DNA of 33,499 nt, from IMG/VR virus record IMGVR_UViG_3300017734_000036; one strand, written 5' to 3'. The notes beneath the pieces are model-generated. The model searched no databases. It was not told where the DNA came from and worked only from the letters and a program-made list of their open reading frames with translations. Shown in pieces: positions 1 through 5,913 of the stretch. Origin of the DNA: a virus. Within the stretch, counting starts at the first letter, position 1, and each line of letters opens with the position of its first letter. The position numbers and the translations under genes are program-made.

Positions 1-86
1 ACCTTGAGTTTACCGGCACAGATGCAACGGTGCTGGTTTCTCTGCCAACGTGGTTCTACATCGTGCGCGAGGCGATTCCCTTCTGA
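1..86 (+). other. Duplicated 3' end (last 27 codons plus TGA) of the 33076..33462 nuclease gene. Not an independent gene.
   Basis: Translates to LEFTGTDATVLVSLPTWFYIVREAIPF*, identical to the C-terminus of the 128-aa ORF at the other end of the window. Confidence 0.9.
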
Positions 87-123
87 TATTCCAATATTAC
101 GGTGCCTAGGGTGTGGGATACTG
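1..123. repeat. Terminal overlap, copy 1. Identical to 33377-33499, so the genome is circular or circularly permuted with unit length 33,376 bp.
   Basis: Compared both ends base by base: 123/123 identical, same orientation. The repeat starts inside a CDS. Confidence 0.95.
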
Positions 124-322
124 AAATATTTCGATGGGCTTGCCAGTCAACACGATCCATGATATTTAAGGAAATATCTTCTAAGCATTGCTGCGCAGCA
201 TACGGCGCATCGCCTAGCAAGCGGGGCAATGCAGCATGCTATCCCTTTTATATATAAAAAAAAGGCATTGCTTAGTGCTTCGCATAGCATTCATTGCTAC
301 GCGCGGCATTGCTAAGGGGCGA
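87..322. other. 236-nt non-coding region between convergent operons. Contains AT-rich palindromes, repeated GCATTGC motifs and an 18-nt A/T-only block.
   Basis: No ORF with a plausible start or RBS. GAAATATTTC at 123-132. GATATTT-N4-AAATATC at 161-178. GCATTGCT at 185-192, 265-272 and 306-313, CATTGCT at 292-298, GCAATGC at 226-232. TTTTATATATAAAAAAAA at 246-263. Confidence 0.8.
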
Positions 323-348
323 CTATGCGCCGCCCCCTCTCTTTTCCT
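316..348 (+). terminator. Candidate plus-strand intrinsic terminator: GGGGCG / CGCCCC stem, 9-nt loop, then CTCTCTTTTCCT.
   Basis: 316-321 pairs with 331-336, followed by a pyrimidine/T-rich tract. The hairpin overlaps the stop codon of the minus-strand ORF ending at 323. Confidence 0.35.
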
Positions 349-520
349 CATTGCCTAGCTCCTGATTAAGAAACATCAAGCAAGCGTCATGGATGAAGCA
401 TATCCTGTTGAACTCTTGCTGGTCGATGCTGCCTAACTCTTTTTCTGCTAGTAGGTGGCCCAGCTTTAATTCTAGGCTATCCATGAGATAGTAAAACATC
501 TCCGGCCTATGCTGATTCAT
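323..520 (-). CDS. Hypothetical protein, 65 aa. Last gene of the leftward early operon.
   Basis: ORF track. Its start overlaps the upstream HTH gene by 14 nt. Looks helical, no recognised motif. Confidence 0.5.
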   Translation of the reverse strand: MNQHRPEMFYYLMDSLELKLGHLLAEKELGSIDQQEFNRICFIHDACLMFLNQELGNEEKRGGGA

Positions 521-689
521 TGCCTTGCTCTTTCTGGCAAGCTATCAGCAAAGCCACAGGCTGCGGCACCTTGCGCCGTCCTGTCTCGTAGTAGTAAACG
601 GCCTGTAAGCTAACGCCGAGGCGCTTTGCCATTGCCGCCTGTGATAAGCCAAGGCTCTGCCTTTCGGCTTTGAATTGTTCTGCTGTCAT
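507..689 (-). CDS. XRE-family helix-turn-helix DNA-binding protein, 60 aa.
   Basis: LGLSQAAMAKRLGVSLQAVYYYETGRRKVP is a canonical XRE/Cro-C1 HTH signature. GAGGAA RBS 7 nt upstream of the ATG. Confidence 0.75.
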   Translation of the reverse strand: MTAEQFKAERQSLGLSQAAMAKRLGVSLQAVYYYETGRRKVPQPVALLIACQKEQGNESA

Positions 690-712
690 GCTATGTTCCT
701 CTGGCTAGTGAT

Positions 713-742
713 GGCGGGGGTTTGCTGATCCTTTCCCCCGCC
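713..742. promoter_or_regulatory. Intercistronic 8-bp GC hairpin (GGCGGGGG-N14-CCCCCGCC). The loop carries an AAAGGATCA motif.
   Basis: 713-720 is the exact reverse complement of 735-742. Lies between the minus-strand genes 752..943 and 507..689. A T-rich tract follows on the plus strand only. Confidence 0.3.
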
Positions 743-751
743 ATTTCTCTG

Positions 752-943
752 TCATGTCTCGTCTTCTTCAAATTCTTTGCGCGGTATCCATCCGGTTTCT
801 ATGCCGCACTTGTTGCACCATACCTCGCAGTTGGGGTCGCCGTGCCACTCTCTGCTCCATACCTGATAGAACATATTGATATGGATGTGATCCGATCCGC
901 ATGTGTGGCAGACAACATCATCCTCAAAGCTAAACTGTGACAT
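752..943 (-). CDS. Small zinc-ribbon protein, 63 aa.
   Basis: CHTC...H...CEVWCNKC: two Cys pairs typical of a zinc ribbon. Preceded by the conserved AAAGGATCAGA junction cassette. Confidence 0.6.
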   Translation of the reverse strand: MSQFSFEDDVVCHTCGSDHIHINMFYQVWSREWHGDPNCEVWCNKCGIETGWIPRKEFEEDET

Positions 944-946
944 TCT

Positions 947-966
947 TCTGATCCTTTCTCTTTCAG
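947..966. repeat. 20-nt intercistronic cassette TCTGATCCTTTCTCTTTCAG, copy 1. On the minus strand it reads stop codon, AAAGGA RBS, spacer.
   Basis: Identical 20-mer at 1212-1231. Confidence 0.9.
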
Positions 967-1208
967 ATGATGTGGCAAGCTATGCCCTGATACTGGCAAT
1001 AACCAAAGATTTGATAGAGCCGATCCGGCATATCCCAATCGTCGTAAATCTGCACGTTGATCCCCTCTTTCTCTATGTTAAGCCACACAACGTAATCCTT
1101 GCCGATTGCCCATGCTGCGCCTTCCTCTGATACTGCTGTTGCCTCGCCTAATACGTTTCCAATGTAGCTACAGGCAAAGCTATATTTGGCTAGATGTTTC
1201 GCGTTCAT
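963..1208 (-). CDS. Hypothetical protein, 81 aa.
   Basis: ORF track. Preceded by the same AAAGGATCAGA RBS cassette. No recognised domain. Confidence 0.55.
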   Translation of the reverse strand: MNAKHLAKYSFACSYIGNVLGEATAVSEEGAAWAIGKDYVVWLNIEKEGINVQIYDDWDMPDRLYQIFGYCQYQGIACHII

Positions 1209-1211
1209 TTC

Positions 1212-1231
1212 TCTGATCCTTTCTCTTTCAG
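1212..1231. repeat. 20-nt intercistronic cassette, copy 2.
   Basis: Identical to 947-966. Confidence 0.9.
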
Positions 1232-1431
1232 CACCAATGGTCAGTGCCTATTGTGATGGGGCCAATCCCCGCGCTGTGCGTCGTGTCGCGTTCCAGTAGG
1301 TCAGCATAGCGTTGCGCTGCCTCTGTCTCTGTCTCGCACACTTCCCAGTGGTCATAGAGATAGACGCCCGGTGCCCATAGCTGGCACGGCTCACCAGTGC
1401 CGCGCCGCTCTGTATAGAAGACAACCCACAT
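1228..1431 (-). CDS. Hypothetical protein, 67 aa. This is the internal Met start of the 154-aa ORF.
   Basis: The ATG at 1431 follows the stop of the upstream mini-ORF after a 2-nt gap. The N-terminal extension of the tracked ORF overlaps that mini-ORF and is Ser/Thr/Cys-rich junk-like sequence. Confidence 0.5.
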   Translation of the reverse strand: MWVVFYTERRGTGEPCQLWAPGVYLYDHWEVCETETEAAQRYADLLERDTTHSAGIGPITIGTDHWC

Positions 1432-1433
1432 GA

Positions 1434-1553
1434 TCACCCCCACAGTGTCGGGTCTGGAAACACCAGAACCATCAGGACGCACACAAGCGCCATTGCCAGA
1501 AAGAATAGAATGCTGGCGAATATCTCGCGCACCCAGAACCATAGGTCGTTCAT
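1434..1553 (-). CDS. Small single-pass membrane protein, 39 aa. Below the ORF-track size cutoff.
   Basis: MNDLWFWVREIFASILFFLAMALVCVLMVLVFPDPTLWG. GGGGG RBS about 8 nt upstream of the ATG at 1553. Fills the gap between 1565..1846 and 1228..1431. Confidence 0.45.
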   Translation of the reverse strand: MNDLWFWVREIFASILFFLAMALVCVLMVLVFPDPTLWG

Positions 1554-1564
1554 TGCTCTGCCCC

Positions 1565-1846
1565 CTAGTCTGCTGAATGGAAGTTGTCGAGGATGCGCTG
1601 ATAAAGCTGACGCTTGCTAACGTGACCATGCCCGAAAGGCTCGGACACTCCACCGCCTTCACTGACCATCTTATGCACGTTCCAGCCGCCATAAGCGCCG
1701 GAGAGGTGGTAGACGCCTACGTTTGCTCGGAACTTACCGTCTCGCAGAGTGTAGGCTTCTGTGGGCCTTCCAAGCTTGGTATTGAGTTCGTCCAGCTTGC
1801 CCTCGATCATGCCCAAGAGAATTTGCTTTTTGGTTCTGCGTGCCAT
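1565..1846 (-). CDS. Hypothetical protein, 93 aa.
   Basis: ORF track. The start shares its first base (1846) with the stop codon of the upstream gene. Motif GAYGGW...GGGVSEPFGHG not assigned. Confidence 0.55.
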   Translation of the reverse strand: MARRTKKQILLGMIEGKLDELNTKLGRPTEAYTLRDGKFRANVGVYHLSGAYGGWNVHKMVSEGGGVSEPFGHGHVSKRQLYQRILDNFHSAD

Positions 1847-2169
1847 CAGTCTGCCCTCACTTTCATAAGCTCAAAGTGCTCTTCCTCGCACAATATCGCC
1901 ATGTTAAGACGATCCATGACGCCGAACATCTGATACCATTTGCCGTTGCCGCAGAAATCCTTGTGGTATTTCTTGGCGGCATTGTTGGCAAAGTATGTCC
2001 AAAGCTGCACGGCCTTGGTGCGGTTGTATGTGCCAGCATCAAAACGCTTTTGAAGGTTCTTTTCTATGATTTCGCGTTGCTGCCGGTACAGATCGGCATC
2101 ATTCAATGCGTACAGGTACAATTCGCGGGTTTCGTGTGAGTGTTCCATGATCTGATCCTTTTTTGTCAT
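1846..2169 (-). CDS. Hypothetical protein, 107 aa.
   Basis: ORF track. Compact operon context, no recognised domain. Confidence 0.55.
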   Translation of the reverse strand: MTKKDQIMEHSHETRELYLYALNDADLYRQQREIIEKNLQKRFDAGTYNRTKAVQLWTYFANNAAKKYHKDFCGNGKWYQMFGVMDRLNMAILCEEEHFELMKVRAD

Positions 2170-2244
2170 GGGTTGCTGATGGGCCTCATCAGTGCCGGCA
2201 TTACCGGTCAGACATAGCGCGACGGTGCCGCGCCATGTTTCGGC

Positions 2245-2433
2245 CTATGTACGCGCCATGCGTAAAATAGATTGCAATTCATATAACTTGCGCGTTTCCG
2301 GTGGTTGTTGTTGCATGCGCAGGACATAGGCGTCGGTTAAGTAATTGCGCTGTCGCTTGCTGCCTTCGGCGCAATAATATTCGGCAGTTGTTTCAAGATG
2401 CACTATTGCTTTGATTGCTTCATTGCGTGTCAT
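2245..2433 (-). CDS. Hypothetical protein, 62 aa.
   Basis: ORF track. Starts 2 nt after the stop of the upstream gene, with a GGGGG RBS. Confidence 0.5.
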   Translation of the reverse strand: MTRNEAIKAIVHLETTAEYYCAEGSKRQRNYLTDAYVLRMQQQPPETRKLYELQSILRMART

Positions 2434-2435
2434 GG

Positions 2436-2678
2436 TTACGCCCCCTGATATTCAACAAGATTAATGACAAGGCCAACGAGTGACCAAAAGAACGACACAA
2501 AGCCAGCTGCTGCCAGCCCCATGCCAAGGTAAAAGCCTATCTGGTCATGCGGTATCGTTTGCATGATTAGTGCGCCAGCAAGGCCAACGCTAACGCTGGC
2601 AATGACAAGAATGGAAAAGACGATAGCTTGCAGCTTGGCAATGGTCTTAGGGTGTCTGTGAAAAACTGCGCGTTGCAT
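2436..2678 (-). CDS. Small membrane protein, 80 aa, 2-3 predicted TM helices. First gene of the leftward early operon.
   Basis: Hydrophobic runs AIVFSILVIASVSVGLAGALIM and GFYLGMGLAAAGFVSFFWSLVGLVINLV. AAAGGATCA RBS upstream of the ATG at 2678. Confidence 0.6.
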   Translation of the reverse strand: MQRAVFHRHPKTIAKLQAIVFSILVIASVSVGLAGALIMQTIPHDQIGFYLGMGLAAAGFVSFFWSLVGLVINLVEYQGA

Positions 2679-3050
2679 AATGTTTGATCCTTTGTTGGTT
2701 GCTAGTGATAAGGAACCCTACCAATGGCATAATAGACTGTCAACAGGAAAAATGATATTTATGAAATATTCCTAGCACAGCACGGCAAGGCACATGCGGC
2801 GACGCCTATATATAAGGACAGCATGACAGGGCAGGGCATTGGCTTGTGATTGCGTGGAATGAGTGCGGTTTGCGCAACGCATGCACGCACAACAAAGACA
2901 AGGACGCGGAGCAATGCCAGCGACGCATGGCCGGCATAGCAGTGTGGCGACAGGGTAGGGGGGAGTGCCGCGACCCCATGCACCCCCGTCGGCGCGGCCA
3001 CTCTATACATGTGTTAATTACACCTATCCCACACACAGTCAGGAGGAAAC
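2679..3050. other. 372-nt non-coding region between the divergent early and late operons. The central part is GC-rich and dense in palindromes.
   Basis: Only overlapping junk-like ORFs in three frames (Cys/Arg/His-rich). Contains TATATATAA (2807-2815), GCATGC, GGCATTGG (2834-2841) and GCAATGCC (2910-2917). Confidence 0.75.
2715..2770 (-). promoter_or_regulatory. Candidate sigma70 promoter of the leftward early operon: -35 TTGACA, 17-nt spacer, -10 TAGGGT, with an AT-rich UP-like tract.
   Basis: Minus strand reads AATATTTCATAAATATCATTTTTCCTG-TTGACA-N17-TAGGGT. The -35 is 2738-2743 and the -10 is 2715-2720. The AT tract 2749-2770 contains the inverted repeat ATATTT-N3-AAATAT. Confidence 0.5.
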
Positions 3051-3440
3051 ATGGCTAGGCTAACGCAGAGCAAGGCAGAGAGCGTTGCGGAGTTAGTGAT
3101 GCAAGGGCATAGCCTTGTCAGTGCATGCAAAGAGGCGCGGATCAGTAGATCGGTACTGTATAAGAAGATGGGGGAGGATGCTGAGTTAAGTAATCTTATT
3201 CGTACTGCGCAGCAGCAGAGTGCGGAGAAGGCATTGGAGGATGTCGAGGTTATGTACCAGCAGCAGCTTACCGGTTCTAAGAAGTATGATCCTAATGTGT
3301 TAAGAGACTATGCTCTTCATGTTAGATGGAAGGTGGGCAAGGTCATGCCGGATCAGTATGGTGATGTTAAGAACCGTGCTGGTGTAGAGGTGTCGGATGG
3401 CACGGTGCGTATCGTTTGGGAGAGCGATAGTGCAAGTTAA
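3051..3440 (+). CDS. terS: Terminase small subunit, 129 aa, with an N-terminal HTH.
   Basis: Strong RBS AGGAGGAAAC-ATG. The N-terminal HTH-like segment SLVSACKEARISRSVLYKKM is typical of small terminases. Sits immediately upstream of and overlapping the large terminase. Confidence 0.65.
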   Translation: MARLTQSKAESVAELVMQGHSLVSACKEARISRSVLYKKMGEDAELSNLIRTAQQQSAEKALEDVEVMYQQQLTGSKKYDPNVLRDYALHVRWKVGKVMPDQYGDVKNRAGVEVSDGTVRIVWESDSAS

Positions 3441-4716
3441 GATCCCTTACAAGCCAAGAGACTTACAGGCTGAGATGCACGTCAGCGTAAAGCGTTGGAA
3501 CGTGCTTGTGATGCACCGCAGGTTTGGCAAGACGGTATGGGCTGTTAATCATCTTATTAAGCATGCCCTTACTTGTGAACTTCCTAGACCGCGTGTGGCG
3601 TTTGTAGCGCCTACTTTTACACAAGCAAAGCGTATTGCGTGGGATTATGTGAAGTATTATGCGTCTGTGATCCCTGGCGTGAAGTTTAATGAAACTGAAC
3701 TGCGTGTAGACTTCCCTAATGGCGGCAGGTTGATGCTGTTGTCTGCTGAAAACCCTGACAGCTTGCGCGGCATCTATCTGGATCTGTGCGTATTCGACGA
3801 GTTTGGGATGCAAAACCCAAGGGTATGGGGGGAGGTTGTGAGACCGGCACTGTCCGACAGAGAGGGTGCGGCTGTATTTCTAGGCACCCCAGCCGGACAT
3901 AATCATTTTTTTGATCTATTGGAACAGGCCAAGGCTGAGACGGCCAATGGCTCTGATCAATGGTATCACAAGACTGTGAAAGCCTCTGAAAGTGGTTTGG
4001 TAAAGGCAGAGGAGCTTGATGCAGCGAAGGCACAGATGACGCCAGAGCAATACGAGCAAGAGTATGAATGTTCGTTCACTGCTGCTATCATTGGTGCCTA
4101 CTATGGAAAACTGCTGGCTGATGCCGATGATACTGGAAGGATCACAAGGGTTCCGTATGATCCTGCTTATCCTGTGCATACAGCCTGGGATCTGGGTATA
4201 AATGACTCAACAGCTATATGGTTTGCTCAAGTCTTTCGTGGCGGCTCTATCAACATCATTGATTACTATGAGAACGGTGGTGTTGGGCTGGATCACTACG
4301 CTGATGTCTTGCGCCAAAAAGATTATCACTACGGTGATCACCTCGCTCCGCACGATATCGAAGTAAGAGAGCTAGGTAGCGGCAAGTCACGGCTTGAGAC
4401 TGCGTTTAGTCTCGGCATCCGCTTTCGTGTTGTCCCTAAAATGAAAATAGCTGACGGTATCAATGCTGCACGCATGATGATGCCAAAATGCTTTTTTGAC
4501 AGAGATAAGTGTAATGATGGCGTAGAAATGCTACGGCAGTACAGGCAGGAATGGGATGAACGCAAAAAAGTTTTTAGAGATCACCCGCGCCATGATTTCA
4601 CGAGTCACGCTGCGGATGCGTTTAGGTATTTGGCTGTTGGGCTGGAGAACAAACAAAATTTCACAAAGCCTCCGCAACAGATGGCAATGAACGACTACAA
4701 TCCGTTTACGCTATGA
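3397..4716 (+). CDS. terL: Terminase large subunit, 439 aa.
   Basis: Walker A HRRFGKT. Walker B LDLCVFDEFG. RNaseH-like nuclease motifs AWDLGINDSTAIWF and HDFTSHAADAFRY. An alternative in-frame GTG start at 3430 with a GGGAGA RBS is possible. Confidence 0.9.
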   Translation: MARCVSFGRAIVQVKIPYKPRDLQAEMHVSVKRWNVLVMHRRFGKTVWAVNHLIKHALTCELPRPRVAFVAPTFTQAKRIAWDYVKYYASVIPGVKFNETELRVDFPNGGRLMLLSAENPDSLRGIYLDLCVFDEFGMQNPRVWGEVVRPALSDREGAAVFLGTPAGHNHFFDLLEQAKAETANGSDQWYHKTVKASESGLVKAEELDAAKAQMTPEQYEQEYECSFTAAIIGAYYGKLLADADDTGRITRVPYDPAYPVHTAWDLGINDSTAIWFAQVFRGGSINIIDYYENGGVGLDHYADVLRQKDYHYGDHLAPHDIEVRELGSGKSRLETAFSLGIRFRVVPKMKIADGINAARMMMPKCFFDRDKCNDGVEMLRQYRQEWDERKKVFRDHPRHDFTSHAADAFRYLAVGLENKQNFTKPPQQMAMNDYNPFTL

Positions 4717-5129
4717 TAGTTGACCTGCACCACTACAGAACAGCTAGGGAAATAATGACGATTAGTCATTATCACCAAGACTATAGTGATCAGGACATCA
4801 AAGAGTTTATTGAACCGCCGCTGGCTCTAGGTAACTATCTCATCATCGAAGATGAAACAGGCTTTCCGTATGTGTTTGCAACATGGGCTTTTCCTGAGAT
4901 GCACCACATAGACGTATATGTGCGCACCGGCAAGTTCCCGTCATCTGGCTTCCGTGGTTGCGGCGACAGCCCTTGGGTCGTGGATTTTATTGCTTTCGGT
5001 GGCTTTCAAAGCGTAAAAGCTGGTTGCAGGTATTTAAAAGACACATTTATCGAAATGGGATATAGTGATTGCTATTGGCTGCGTACTGAAACAGGCAAAA
5101 TCGGCTTTCATAGCTTGAAGGAGAATTGA
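4713..5129 (+). CDS. HlyC/CyaC-type toxin-activating lysine acyltransferase (TAAT) family homologue, 138 aa.
   Basis: PYVFATWAFPE...CGDSPWVVDFIAFGG resembles the HlyC core PVAYCSWANLS...SGDRKWFIDWIAPFG (recalled from memory). His-rich N-terminal segment SHYHQDY. ATGA overlap with the terL stop. Confidence 0.55.
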   Translation: MIVDLHHYRTAREIMTISHYHQDYSDQDIKEFIEPPLALGNYLIIEDETGFPYVFATWAFPEMHHIDVYVRTGKFPSSGFRGCGDSPWVVDFIAFGGFQSVKAGCRYLKDTFIEMGYSDCYWLRTETGKIGFHSLKEN

Positions 5130-5130
5130 T

Positions 5131-5904
5131 ATGGGTTCCGGTGGTGGCGGCGGTGTAGACGCAGAACCTCGCAGAGATCCTTATGCAGATCCACGCAAGG
5201 CTGCTGGCTCACGCACAGATGCAACACGCATGTCAGGCGCTAGAAAGCGTGAAGAAGAGCGATTGCGGCGTGCATCTTTCGTAAGTGGCGATCAGTCCTA
5301 TGTAACCGGCGGCGGTGATATTGTGCGCGATACCTCTGGTGGGGGCGTGCTTACGAGAACTGGTGTGCAGCGTGCAGAGGCTTCTAGACAGGAGGAGCTT
5401 GAGACTTTGATCTCACGCCGCCAAGGTGGTTCTGGTGACCCAGAGGCGGGTAAGCGGCAAATGGCGATTGAGCAACTTGAAAAACGCAAAGAACAAACCT
5501 TGCCTGGGTTCCTTGGTGCCGTCTCTCGTATGAATATTGAACGCCAGCTTGCCGACTTGAAGGCTGGTGGCACACCGCAGTTTGGCCTTAGTCCTACTGG
5601 CACCTTCATAACTCGCGGAGTTACACCGCAGGGACAAGAAGCTCCTGGCGCTGCTGCGAATATTCAGCCCATGTTTGGTGCAATGGGCGTAGATAGCACA
5701 AGAACGCCAGAAATTACGCCAGAAGTAACTGAAGAGTTTGTGCCTGACGATAGGACCCTCATGGGAGCCGCAGATCGAGGTCGAGGCAGAGGTGAAACTC
5801 GACGCACAAGAGTTGCCGGGGCAGGTTCTCTTAAAACTGGCTACGGGGTATTGCTGCGTGGCCCAAGAGTAACAGCACCATCCGGTTCTGGACGTTTATC
5901 GTAG
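5131..5904 (+). CDS. Gly/Arg-rich, low-complexity (probably disordered) protein, 257 aa.
   Basis: Strong RBS GAAGGAGAATTGAT-ATG. Starts 2 nt after the acyltransferase-like gene. Contains GGGGG, RGRGRG and coiled-coil-like stretches. Confidence 0.65.
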   Translation: MGSGGGGGVDAEPRRDPYADPRKAAGSRTDATRMSGARKREEERLRRASFVSGDQSYVTGGGDIVRDTSGGGVLTRTGVQRAEASRQEELETLISRRQGGSGDPEAGKRQMAIEQLEKRKEQTLPGFLGAVSRMNIERQLADLKAGGTPQFGLSPTGTFITRGVTPQGQEAPGAAANIQPMFGAMGVDSTRTPEITPEVTEEFVPDDRTLMGAADRGRGRGETRRTRVAGAGSLKTGYGVLLRGPRVTAPSGSGRLS

Positions 5905-5913
5905 GAGTAGCTG

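Noticed and set aside
1-123. Interpreting the end duplication as functional T7-style direct terminal repeats.
   Set aside because: The repeat boundary falls inside a coding sequence, and nothing distinctive marks its edges. Assembly wrap-around of a circular or permuted genome is the simpler reading. This cannot be excluded without read data.
1228-1692. Full-length 154-aa version of this ORF. The same applies to the 214-aa version of 30965..31609, the 320-aa version of 31736..32698 and the 91-aa version of 29611..29886.
   Set aside because: The N-terminal extensions overlap upstream genes extensively and look non-protein-like. Internal Met codons give tight start/stop coupling or good RBSs, so the shorter forms were annotated.
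2170-2244. Short hairpins in the 75-nt gap between two early genes: CTGATG-N5-CATCAG at 2176-2192, and GCGCG-N7-CGCGC at 2217-2233.
   Set aside because: The stems are only 5-6 bp and no U-tract follows on the coding (minus) strand. This is insufficient to call a terminator or attenuator.
2759-3058. Three mutually overlapping ORFs (83, 76 and 70 aa) in the 2679-3050 region.
   Set aside because: They overlap one another in different frames and strands, lack RBSs, and have Cys/Arg/His/Pro-rich compositions typical of GC-rich non-coding DNA. The region is treated as regulatory.
5298-5637. Cluster of minus-strand ORFs (103, 63 and 74 aa) opposite the Gly/Arg-rich gene. Similar antisense ORFs lie opposite the portal, the internal virion genes and the terminase.
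   Set aside because: All are antisense to well-supported, translationally coupled plus-strand genes. They lack RBSs and have biased junk-like compositions.
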